A stretch of DNA of 64,000 bases from Vicugna vicugna (Eukaryota), in assembly GCA_013265495.1 (NCBI GenBank), contig MU058337.1:6120716-6184715 (forward strand), in the 5' to 3' direction. Shown here one piece after another: positions 40,801-52,903 of this stretch. Positions within the stretch are counted from its first letter, which is position 1. Each line of letters starts with the position of its first letter. Both the position numbers and the translations under genes were made by a program. The notes beneath the pieces are model-generated. The model was not told where the DNA came from. It was given only the letters and a program-made list of their open reading frames with translations, and searched no databases.

Positions 40801-43207
40801 GGGAAAAAATGCACCATTTTAATAGAGAGGACCAATTGAAGAAAACTGCGTAAGCACCTTTAAAAGCCAACTTTTTCTTATTCAACATTGATTGTTCACA
40901 AGTTAGTTGGCTTCCTTTCTTTGTGTGACTTATCATTTAATAGCTATAGTAACGGTTAGCCTTTTCCCCCTACTTTACTGTTTAAAAATTAGTTGTTTTT
41001 AACATAAAATTAATAGTTTGCACAATCAACAGTTGCAGTATTTTCCTGCTTTAATATTTACATTTCAATTTATGGCATTAACATAGGAATATTAGGTATT
41101 TTACTCCAAGTTGTATTTAAAGTGCTTTTCCTCTTAAAAATAAATACTGAAACATTTACAATACATCTAAATAGCATGCCTTGTTCATAATACCAAGACT
41201 GTAAAGCTGATTAGATAGGACAGTAACTTTTGTGATCACACGTTAAAGAAACAAAATGTGCTGTTAGAGGAATTCACTTTTTTGTCTTTCTTGAGCTGAA
41301 ACAAAAACCAAATACATCTCACGCTAGTGCTAAAGCTTAAATCAAATTTTGAACATTCTAACCATTATTATTACCCTGGTTTTACTTACAGAATCTTGCT
41401 AGAAATGGATTTAATGGAAGTCATATTAAGAGGAAATTCTGAGCACAAATTGCTTCCCATTGTAGGGCCTGGCAAATCTTATTCTAAATTATATATTATC
41501 ATCTCTGGTATACTCACTTTTACTTTCAGCCAAAAGGGGCTAAAAGTCTTTAAAATATAACAGCTATCATCTCTGCTTTAGGAAGGATAAATGACAAAGA
41601 CTTAAAACTCAGACCAACTCTTCTGAAACCACTTTTGCCAAAGTCTGGAAAGTGACAGTCTACCTCTAGATCAAAATACAAAGCTAGAAATGTAAAAATA
41701 AGAAAAGTTCGTCATGCTATCGGGGCAACTTACAGAAGTAGATTATTCTATAATACCAACATTGAAATATAAGTAAAAAGGAAAAAATTGAGATTTAAGT
41801 AACTCTGGAATATCCATGCCAACAGTCAACTCCATGAGAACACAGCACAGAGAACACTCACAAAAAGGTAAGTGAAAAGGTTACTGCCAGATTTGAAATA
41901 AAAACAGTGATTTTCCATAATTCAAACATTTTTCTCCCTCAATTTATCTATGAATGAAAACACGGCCTGAGCTAATACACCAAAATTAAACACAAGATGA
42001 GAAGAGTGAAGTTTAAATCTACTACCAGCTTGATGGAGACACAAATTTCCTTCTGGAGGATTTTACTGTTGATAAATGTCTTAGCTTACCAATCAAAAAA
42101 AGACATTAAAATATAGTTTTTTCACTATTTCATGAATATTTTGTGAGGAATATAAACTACTAAGATATCACAGTTAAAACAAATTATTAGTAAGAAGCCA
42201 GAAACCAATACTCAAAAAAATAAAAAAAGTATATATGCAAAACAAGTTTTTTTTATTTATTTTCTTTATTTGCTTGATTTAATTGCTTTTAAGTAAAAAA
42301 GAAGTATTTTAAATGCTAAATATTTTAAATCCTGTCATATAAACTAGATAAGATACTTAACCTTTATTTGGGGGAAATTAGAATAGCTTGCAATTGTCTC
42401 CATTTTGTTTTTAAAAAAGAAAGAGTCACAGTAAGACAAAATGAACAACAAATTTCTAGGTAAAATTTTAAAACCACAGAAATTGAAAATTCTTTACATT
42501 GAACTATTATATGATAAAAGGTGACATTACCAATAGGTTTTGTTATCAAAAGTAGCATGAAAGAATGAAAAACAGTAACATATTAAAGTGTGACTACTTA
42601 TATTTCATTCCATAAAGTCCCAATAATTTACATACTTTTCCTATGGGATTCATTCACTCATTCATAGTTTATTACTGCTTAAAAATGTCTGCTGTGCTTA
42701 AAAACTCCCCATAAAATTATGTATCATTCACTGCTTTATGCTATACCCTCTTTTGTTCATGTCCAATTAGTATTAGCCTATCTTTCCTTTACCAAATTTC
42801 AGCTGAACTTGGTAAAACATTTAGGAAGGTTAAACAATTTTAGCATCCCCTTAGTGACACTGGCATTATGCTGTGAGGAAATGTGCTCTCATAAGGCAGC
42901 ATTGCATAAACATTTCATTAATCTTTGAATCTAACTTTCTCATGCTTTGTCTAAATGTCCTTGGTGACCAGAATCAGTCTACCGAATTTTTATTCTATGT
43001 TAGGCTTTTAAAACTTTGAAAATAAAACACTTAAGACATACATTGAAGATACTATGATGCTCCCATTTTGCTTAATATAAGAGTGAGCAATTAAGTTTTT
43101 TTTTAATTGTGTAACTTTTCAGGCCAAGGAAAAAAACCAACATCTTTCACTTTTTTTCTGTTTGACCCAAAATAAGGTACTGATTCAAATAAAGCAAATA
43201 TACTTAC

Positions 43208-43276
43208 AGAACTAGCATCAACATCACTGTGGATGGCAACCGTCTTAATGCCCATCTTCTTGCAAGTTTTAATTAC
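43208..43276 (-). CDS. PCCA: PCCA exon 4, 69 nt
   Basis: Encodes [23 protein letters not shown]. Acceptor ATGTAG, donor TCT|GTAAGT. Separated from exon 3 by a 112-nt intron. Confidence 0.98.
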
Positions 43277-43388
43277 CTACATTAAAATACATTAATGATA
43301 CCTATTAAGAGTAATTCATATTTAAAGAGGTTTAAAAATAGTAAAACTCACAAAGTAAAATGGAAAATAAGATTAAAATTCCACTCAC

Positions 43389-43436
43389 TCTGCATGCAAT
43401 TTCTCCTCTATTAGCAACAAGAATTTTATCAAAAGT
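43389..43436 (-). CDS. PCCA: PCCA exon 3, 48 nt
   Basis: Encodes TFDKILVANRGEIACR, containing the biotin carboxylase ANRGEIA motif. Acceptor CTCTTTTTAG, donor AGA|GTGAGT. Confidence 0.98.
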
Positions 43437-44419
43437 CTAAAAAGAGAAAAAAACACATAAGAAATTGTTACATTCAAAAAAAAAAGAAAAGAAAAGAAAC
43501 TGTTACTCTCACTTTGGGACCAGAAAAGACCCAGTTTTTCCACAGCTAACATTGGGCATGATCCTAATAAACATTACTTCCTACAGTAGTATTAAATATG
43601 ATACATATGTTCATTTACAACCAGGCTGCTACTGAACTCATCTACCAGATGAAGATCTGGCCCTATAATCATTCTGTTAAAGCATCAATTGACTAGGTTC
43701 AATAATTTATAAGTGAACTGAATTCTCTTGCCAAAAGATAATCTTCAAATGATACTTCAGCATACCAAAAAAAGTAGACAAAACTGTTTACAATTTACTT
43801 GATAATTCATTTTCTAAATTCAGGGAAATCTACGTGTTATGAATAGTCTGTCAAACAGAAATTTGATATAATTTATATGCCATCTCTTTGGGGTTGGGGC
43901 ATAGTATTAAAATAATATTTTCAATAACTCAGAGCAGATACTATCCAAAGAGTCCCAGACCAAGCAGATTATGCTACTTGAGTACACTGTTAAGTTTGAA
44001 AACCACCAAATTTTGAAGCAGCTGAGGCCACAAAATTGAACAAGTTGTTCTATTCTGTGTAGGGCTAGAGATCTAAATTCTAAGCCAAACTGCCACTACT
44101 GACCACTATTTGATGCTAAGCAAATCAAACTCTACAGGTCCTGATTTCCATATGTATAAACTGGAAGTATTCTACTGGGAAATTATTTAATAAGGTCTTC
44201 TTCCTACTCTAAAACTGTCCAGACTAATCCTTTTAAAGAAATGCACACACACAGTTATAAGTAATTTGCATGCAATACATTTCAGTACACAATGATTTCT
44301 GGGTTAGTGAATTGTCCCAAGTTAAATACAACTTAAAGTTTTAGCGATATTTCTAAAAGAAAAGTTAAAGTTATATATGATTTTTAAAGTATTTGTATAT
44401 AACTTAAAGCAATTTTTAA

Positions 44420-44875
44420 GTTGAAGTACACCCAATTTACAAAGTTGTGTTAATTTCTGGTGTATAGCATAATGATTCATTTACACACATATATTCCTTT
44501 TCATATTATTTTTCATTATAGGCCATTACAAGGTATTGAATATAGTTCCCTGTGCTATACAGTAGGACCTTGTTGTTTATCTATTTTATATATAGTAGTA
44601 CCTACAAATCCCAAACTCCCAGTTTATCCCTCCCCACCCCCTTTCCCCACAGGTAACCATAGTTTGTTTTCTGTCTGTAAGCTTGTCTTCGTTTTGTAAA
44701 TAAGTTCATTTGTGCCTTTTCTTTTTTTAAGATTTCACATGTAAGTGATATCATATGGCAATTTTCTTTCTCTTTCTGTCTTACTTCACTCAGAATGATG
44801 ATCTCCAGGTCCATCCATGTCGCTGCAAATGCATTATTTTATTCTTTTTTATGGCTGAGTAGTATTCTGACATAA

Positions 44876-44906
<31 letters not shown>

Positions 44907-45205
44907 TACATATATATATATATACCACAATTTCTTTATCCAGTCACCTGTCAAATGGACATTTGGACACTTAGGTTGTTTCCATGTCTTGGCTATTGTA
45001 AATAGTGCTGCTATGAACACTGGGGTGCAAGTATCTTTCTGAATTAGAATTTCTTCCAGATATGTGCCCAGGAGTGGGATTGTTGGATCATGGGGTAAGT
45101 CAGTTTTTTAAGGGATCTCCATACTGTTTTCCATAACAGCTGCACCAAACTACCTTCCCACCAACACTGTAGGAGGATTTGCTTTTCTCCACATGCTCTC
45201 CTATT
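44420..45205 (-). mobile_element. L1 3' end fragment, minus strand, with internal (TA)n/(CA)n
   Basis: Minus-strand ORF2 tail peptides ([30 protein letters not shown]). Imperfect TSD AGCAAT(A)TTTTAA near 44408 and 45209. Confidence 0.88.
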
Positions 45206-45525
45206 TGCAGCAATATTTTAACCTGACAGGGAGTCACAGAATCTTAGGATTGGAAAAGGCCTTCAAAGTCTTGTTTTAACCTTTGTATCACACATGGCTT
45301 AGGCCAACAAACTGGGACAGGCCTCTGCCTTAAAAACTGATAAATTCCTAATATGACTCCTGAGTCACTCTGAGCCTTGAGCAGATAGGCCCTTATAATA
45401 TCCTAATCTCACCTCAGGCCTGAGACTATAAAATCATCTCCTTTTCTATACCCAAATGTTCATAGTAAACCCTTGTTAATCAGTAAGCATACACTAAGAA
45501 AAAATTGTTCATGGTTCCTTGAGCT

Positions 45526-46445
45526 GCAGAAGACCTAAACAAGCAATTCTCCAAAGAAGACATACAAATGGCCAATAGGCACATGAAAAAATGCTCAATA
45601 CCGCTAATCAACAGAGAAATGCAAATCAAAACTACAATGAAGTATCACTTCACACCAGTCAGAATGGCCATTATTGAAAAGTCCACAAATAATAAATGCT
45701 GAAGAGGCTGTGGAGAATACACTGTTGGTGGGAATGTAGTTTGGTGCAGCCATTATGGAAAACAGTATGGAGATTCCTCAAAAGACTAAAAACAGACTTA
45801 CCATATGATTTAGCAACCCTACTCCTGGGCATATATCCAAAGGGAACCTTAATTCAAAAATATACATGTACCCCAATGTTCATAGCAGCACTATTTACAA
45901 TAGCCAAGACATGGAAACAACCTAAATGTCCATGACAGATGACTGGATTAAAAAGTTGTGGTATATTCATTCAATGGAATACTACTTGGGCATAAAAAAT
46001 AACATAATGCCATCTGCAACAACATGGATGGATCTGGAGGTTGTCATTCTAAATGAAGTAAGCCAGAAAGAGAAAGAAAAATACCATATGATATCACTTA
46101 TATGTGGAATCTAAAAAAAAAAAAGACAAACAAACTTATTTACAAAACATGAACAGACTCAGAGACATAGAAAACCAACTTATGATTACCAAGGGGGTAA
46201 GGGGGTGGGAAGGGATAAATTGGAAGTTTGAGGTTTGCAGATACTAATATATATAAAATAGATAAACAAGTTCATACTGTATAAAACAGGGAAGTATATT
46301 CAATATTTTGTGGGAACTTAATGATGAGAAATAATATGAAAACAAATATATGTATGTTCCTATATGACTGAAGTATCATGCTGTACATCAGAAACTGATA
46401 CAACATTGTAAACCGACTATACTTCTATAAAATATATATATATAC
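45526..46445 (+). mobile_element. L1 3' end fragment (ORF2 C-terminus + 3'UTR)
   Basis: Peptides [21 protein letters not shown] and [17 protein letters not shown]. Confidence 0.9.
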
Positions 46446-47044
46446 CAAAAATTTCTTTAACAAATATGTATTACCAAAAATCAGATCTACCTGCACTTAA
46501 GACAGTAATAATAAACAAGCCATTCTGAATGGCTACAAGGATCCCTTCAAGTGGAAAGATCCAATTAAATGGAGCCCTCAAGAAAAGAGTGAGGCTACCA
46601 ACTTGGTCTGAATATGCACCTGGACTACCAATAGGTGCCAAGAAGTACTGCAGATTTTTTCATGACTGTAGATATCACACAGTTTCTCCACGATCTCCTT
46701 AGACAAAGGCACAGCAAAGGAGATGGCAAAGACAGCCAGCAGCAGATTTGATTTCAAATGTTTACAAAAAAATATATACCTGCTTAGTGGATTCCAAAGG
46801 GAGGACTCTCTTTAAATGTCCAAAACCAAAGTAGTTACATGCACTTTTATTTATTTTCAATAATTTCCTACTCTGGAACATGGCCTCCTAAATAAATGCT
46901 AGCTAACCACTAATACTGACTACCTAACATGTGCAGAAATGTACATGCACACATGCACCCCAAGACATGCCATATATGTGGAAATTTTTATATTAAACTA
47001 AAGATTTCATAGCGGAGAATTTATCATAGCTAATTCATCAGGAC

Positions 47045-47350
47045 CTGTGCCATCCAATAAAGTAATCACTAGCTACATGAGGCTACTGAGCACTTCAAAT
47101 GTGGACAATCAAAGTGAGATATGCAGAAGTGTAAATTAAACACTGGATTTAGAAACCATCGTACAAATTTTAAGTATCTCATTGCGACTTTTCATATTGA
47201 TAATATGTTGAAATAACATTCTAGATACTGAGTTAAAATATTAAAATAATTTAACTTGTTTCTTTTTATTTTTAATATGGCTATTAGAAAATATAAAATT
47301 ACATATGCCCTGCAGTTGTGTCCACATTATACTTCTATTGAACTGCAATG
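47045..47350. mobile_element. MER33 hAT-Charlie element
   Basis: CACTAGCTACATGAGGCTACTGAGCACTTCAAATGTGG...TAAAATTACATATG, similar to 52406-52702. Confidence 0.8.
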
Positions 47351-48031
47351 ATATAGACCCTTTCCTTCTCCAAGCCTCCAGATTCTTTTAAGTAGTTTTG
47401 TATACTTCAACAGATAATTTAGAAGCCTATTTCATTCTCAAATAATCATCCATATTAGTTCTACTTTCATGACATACAATTTGAACAACCTCTTCTCAAC
47501 CAGAACTCTTCTGCCTTCTTTGATGCCTTCATTGTCACCAAATCATGTTCCATCTCCAATCACCACTTCTAGTCCCTTTATTTCTCCTATTACAAGCCTC
47601 AAAGATTATCATATAACAAAATTTTAACTGAAGTTCCCTTGTCCCAAAATGTGCAATACACATAATTGCCTTCAGTCAAAATTAGTCATACAAATATTAA
47701 GTAAATAGAAAAAAATCAATAGTTTAATTAAGATCTCTTAACCACCCAGTCTAAGAGAGAATGTTGTATTAGTTATTCTGCTGAAAACAAAGGAAACACA
47801 TTGTAAATTTACTGAACTTGTAGTAGAGATACAAGAACAACATTAAAGACTCAGGCTGAGGTCCACAATGAAAAAGAGGAACAAAGACTGAGCACCTATA
47901 AAACTATGAAGTAGAGCAATAAATAATTACACAGCATCAATAAAATTTAATCTGCCCAGTGAACACAATATGGAGACAAGAAAGTAAAACCATTATAAGT
48001 TAGCCATTAAAAGCATTTTTTAAATACTTAC

Positions 48032-48109
48032 TTTTTCATTAGAATCATATCCTGCTGAACAAAGACTACGAGACACCAGTAAGTGCTGTCTTGAATAATG
48101 TGGAACATG
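48032..48109 (-). CDS. PCCA: PCCA exon 2, 78 nt
   Basis: Encodes HVPHYSRQHLLVSRSLCSAGYDSNEK (human [26 protein letters not shown]). Acceptor TTTTTTTGTAG, donor AAA|GTAAGT. Confidence 0.95.
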
Positions 48110-48356
48110 CTACAAAAAAATAAAAGTGAAATAAATTACAGACACTTGAATGAGCTTTAAAATTATTTTTCAAGGTAATTCTTCCAGTATGCTTCTAGCT
48201 ACAGTATTTCATCAATCAATATATGTAGTTCTAAGCAGTTCTAATTATGACATAATTATAGAAGGTAAATTACAACTAAATACATCCTTCTGCCACATAT
48301 GAGAAACCAAAAGCATTGAAACAATCTTCAGAAAAGTATAATAAGAGTCAATGGGT

Positions 48357-48910
48357 CACAATGTTCATAGCAGCACTATTTACAACAGCCAAGACAAGGA
48401 AGCAACCTAAATGTCCAACAACCAATGAATGGATAAAGAAAATGGGGGGGGGGTGTATATAATGGCATATTACTCAGCCATAAAAAAGAATGAAATAATG
48501 CCACTTACAGCAACATGGATGGACCTACAGAGTATTATAATAAGTGAAGTCAGACAAAGACAAGTATCATATGATACCATTTATATGTGGAATCTAAAAA
48601 AATGGCACAAATAAACTTATTTACAAAACAGAAACAGACTCAAAAACACAGAAAACAAACTTACGGTCATGAAAGGGGGAAGAGGGAAATTGGATAAATT
48701 AGATTAGCAGTTTGGGGTTAACAGATACACACTACTATACATAAAACAGATAAACAAGGACCTACTGTATGGCACAGGGAACTATATTCAATATCTTGTC
48801 ATAACCTATAACGGAAAAGAATCTGAAAAAGAATAGACATACATATGTGGGTGTATAACTGAATCACTTTGCTGTACACCTGAAACTAACATTGTAACTT
48901 CAAAAAACAG
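48357..48910 (+). mobile_element. L1 3' end fragment
   Basis: AATGTTCATAGCAGCACTATTTACAACAGCCAAGAC through the 3'UTR GCTGTACACCTGAAACTAACATTG. Confidence 0.88.
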
Positions 48911-51900
48911 AGGCAATGTGTCAAATAAAATTTGAAGAAAGGTCTTTCTGTTCATGCAAACTGATATGGCAGGATCAGAATGCCACACACCACATAGAAC
49001 TTTGTATAACATAAAACAAGAGTAAACAGCATACCAGCTTCCTATCAATTTTATAAAATGAAACAAAACAGTTTATATCTTTACAAATTCTCCCTAATGT
49101 CATATGGCACATAATGGTCTGTTGCAGGAACAGTCAACACATCCTTTTACAGAAGGCAAAATCATACACGTGTCTTTAATCACTAACAAATAAAGGGCAT
49201 AACTGATTCCTGATGGCAAAAACCAAATGTGAGTCTTTCAGAGACAAAACATAATCTGGGATAGGCATTTTAGGTATTCTAATTAGCTTTGGAGAGTGAG
49301 AATAAAGTGATGTTTATGTCTGGGGAAGGGAACACTTCAAAAAGCAGCAAACCCCTTGGGAAAGGGCTCTGGGAGAAGAAATCAAGGAACCTGAGCTCCA
49401 ATCCTAGCACAGCCTGACACTATTTCTAGGATTTGAGCAAACCACTTTAACCTCTCTGCCATCTACTGAGAAATGAAAGCTTAGATGAATTTTCTCCAAG
49501 GTCCCTACTAACCTACACCACTATTATTCAAAAACCAAGAGGGTGTTTTCAACATGTGCAAGAATCTGACGATTACTGAAGGATATGCAGTTAATCCAAA
49601 CTGAAGATTTGGGCCAAGAAGATGGTAACATGGATCTAACTGCTGAACTGCTCCACGAGTAACAAATGCAGAGGAGCTACTAATGAAAACAGAATTAATT
49701 TCACAGATTCAAATAAATATGACTTATGCATTAAGTTCCTAGGACACCTTTAGGAATAAAAACCTCAGGAACTCTTATCTCATCAAATGGGCTCATGAGA
49801 AATAGTTTAAGCTAAACTTGGGCCCAACAGGAGAGTTTCTAACCCAGAACAATTTAGAAATTTCTAAGCTGCCAAGCTCTAAGAAATGTTTGGATCAGCT
49901 GACTCAATGTATACTACATTAACTTTCAGGAAACTACCAATAACAACACTAGAAAAAAAAAAATGTCTACACGATACAGTTCTTAAAACTAAATCAACTC
50001 TATTAGAGATTGCACTTTGCCAAAATGTAGAAAAGGTAGCACTATACCTAACTGGTCAAACAGGTTTTTTTTTTTTATCTTTTTATTACTATTCTAAAAT
50101 ACTTGGTTCTGAAGATCTAACAGACTATTTTACCACTATTAACAAAAAAAGCATATAGCTTGTACACATATGAGTTTGTAATAATGTGACCCAAAATTTT
50201 GAAAACATAGATGCCCCTGGTTAGCCAAGTAACTAGAAGTAGAAATGGCACAAGCAGTAAGAACTGTAACAGCAGAACAAACTACAAGGGTTTGGGCCAT
50301 TCCCACAGCAAGTCCAAAGTGGTCTGCAGTCGGTCCCACAAAGGCTCTGTTCACTCCTGGAACGCCTTCATGGAAGTTTAAAGTTATAAAGAATACAAAT
50401 CAAAAATCAGACAATTTTGTAGAGCTACAACAGACTTTTTTCTTTAATGCAAGGAACAAGTCAGTAGAAATCTGCTAATTCAGACCTCTACACAGAATTT
50501 TAATGCTCATTGTTTTTGTTAGGCATATTAACAAACTAGCTACAAGCCCAGATCAAAATTCTTTTAATATACTTCTTAGAACAGGAGTTCAAGGGAAAAA
50601 CTTTAATCAACTCCATTATAAAGACTATTTAGCCTATCACAGTCAAAAAGAGAAAGGTCAGTGTATGCAAAATGGCTTCCCAATAGCATATTGCACTCGT
50701 TCGGTTCTGCAAGAATAAAGACTTCCTATATTTTCCACACTTGGAAAAGTTAACAGCGTGGCACGTGGGAAGCAGCACAACCCTCAGAGCCACAAGATCT
50801 GGGTCCACTCTTAGCTCCACTGCTTTGTAGGTATGCAACATTCAGCAAATAATTTCTCTGTAATTTCAGTTTTCACATATAAAATATAGTTGATGACACC
50901 TCCCCTGCTTTCCCAGAGAGCTGTTTAAAAAAAAAAAAATCAAACAAGCCTATAAACTGTAAAACACCAAGAAAATGTAAGATATTACACAAAAACCAAA
51001 TCCAACTATGCAGCTATAGCTTTCTTTCTTAAAATTATACTAGATGATTTGGGAGTTACCATTAGAAAAGCAGTGTAGTACTTGAGAACTCTGGTCTACA
51101 CTCAGACAGATTCAGACCTGGGTTCAAATGTTGGCTCTGAAATGTCCTATATATTTCTCGAATACATAAGAAATTTACTCACATGTAAACTGAGGTTAAA
51201 AACTACTTGTCTAGGACATAAGGCTGCCATGAGAATTAAATGAGATTGTGTAAAATACCTAACACAGTTTTGCATGTTATAGTAAGCATACAATAACTAT
51301 TAACCAAAAAATGGTGGGGGAAATGATACAGCTTTTACACGAACTGAATACACGCCTTCCAGTCATTGCAAAAAAGGAAATATCCTTTTCTAAACTAAGG
51401 CTGCACCTGCTTTCACATTCTGGATATGGCTTCAGGTGACAGCCCAAATTGGTAAATCCACTAAACTCATGCTTAAAGAACAGTTTAAATACTAATCCTG
51501 CCAATCCAAAAGTTTTGCTCTTAACATAACCACAGCAGCATTCAGGTGAATAATACTAAAACAATTTTGTTGACAGGTTAATTCGTTATCAGAATGCATC
51601 CTACTTCAAAAAAAAAACCACCTCAAAACTGTGGGTTAATGGAGCCTTAAGATGATCTTACCAAGGTAAAAGTAAGTATTTGTTAGTGCTTCATCTTCAG
51701 AATTTCCAGGGAAGGACCTCTCTTCCACGTTTCAGGACACAGAGCTAGGAAGCATCAGCCAAGTACTTATTTCAGCATTTTAACAGACCCAGAATGATCT
51801 AAGAAAACGCCCTTTAAAAATGCTGCCGGAAGTCAGGCTTTTTCAATTCAGCACAGCTTTTCCTTCACAGACACTAGTTAGTCTTCAGGACCTCTCTAGC

Positions 51901-52405
51901 CATCCCAATCTTCAACTGTCTGCCAAGACCTTCTGTTAAAAGCTAGGCTGAATGTCTAATATTTGAGAGAGATGATCAAATCTCAAGATTCATGTCAATT
52001 ATTTCTCAATAAAACAGGGGAGGAGGAGACTCAAGATTCTCTGGCTCTGTCTCCACTGTAAACTAGAACACCAGGAAACCATATACATCAACTCTAAAGC
52101 GTCCTCATTTCACCACAGCTGCCAACCAGGCCATTCCTCCCACCTTGCCTGTAGCAGATGCAGGTGGTGTACACCTAGAACCCTTCACCAGCCAGTGCAG
52201 TGTCCCCAGTTGGTGTATTGACAATTCGTGGCTCACACCTGCTCCCTAGCTTGCCCCACTTGCCTCAACCAGAGTGTTCTCCACCAAACCTGGGAGCCAC
52301 ACCCCTCCCAGCCCACAGCCAATGACTGACTAACAAAGGGTCCAAAAGGCTACACTCCTCACTTTACAGTGGGGCCAATTCAGTAGTGCAACCTGTGCTT
52401 TAGAG

Positions 52406-52702
52406 CTGGCTATCCACCGTGGCAGCCACTCGCCACATACAGCGACGGAGCACTGGAAATACGCCAGCTCAAATTCCGATGTGCTCCAAATGTAAAACAC
52501 ACACCAGATCTGAAGCATTAATACCAAAAAAAAACCTCATTAATGATTTTTACATTTACATACTGAAATAATATTTTGAATATACTGGTTAAATAAAATA
52601 CAGTAATATTCATTTCACCTTTTTAAAATTCTTTTAATGTGAGTGCTAGTAAACTTTAAATTACACCTGCAGCCCACATTATACTTTTACTTCACAAGGC
52701 TG
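52406..52702. mobile_element. MER33 element
   Basis: GCAGCCACTCGCCACAT...GATGTGCTCCAAATGTAAAACACACACCAGAT...CTTTAAATTACA. Confidence 0.8.
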
Positions 52703-52710
52703 ATGTAGGA

Positions 52711-52903
52711 CAGTACTTCTCAAACTTGACATTAGCATCACCTCCAGGAGAGTTTGTTAAAACAGACTGCTGGGCTCCAATTCCAGATTTTCTAAACTGG
52801 CAAGTCTACGGAGGAGCTAGAAGATGTGCCTTCCTAGCAAGCAGCCAGGTAATGCTGCAGTCAGTGCCCCGCTGGCTGGAGTCCCTGGCTCTGAGAATCA
52901 CTG
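52711..52903. mobile_element. MER5A element
   Basis: TIRs CAGTACTTCTCAAA / CTGAGAATCACTG, internal TTGTTAAAACAGACTGCTGGGC. Confidence 0.82.

Noticed and set aside
40862..40890. Y1 RNA-like string (TTGATTGTTCACA)
   Set aside because: Only a short core resembles the recalled Y1 sequence. The flanks lack the Y RNA terminal stems.
44420..46445. Single twin-primed (5'-inverted) L1 insertion
   Set aside because: Both arms contain the same 3' region and their own 3' ends, and unique DNA separates them, so they are two independent insertions.
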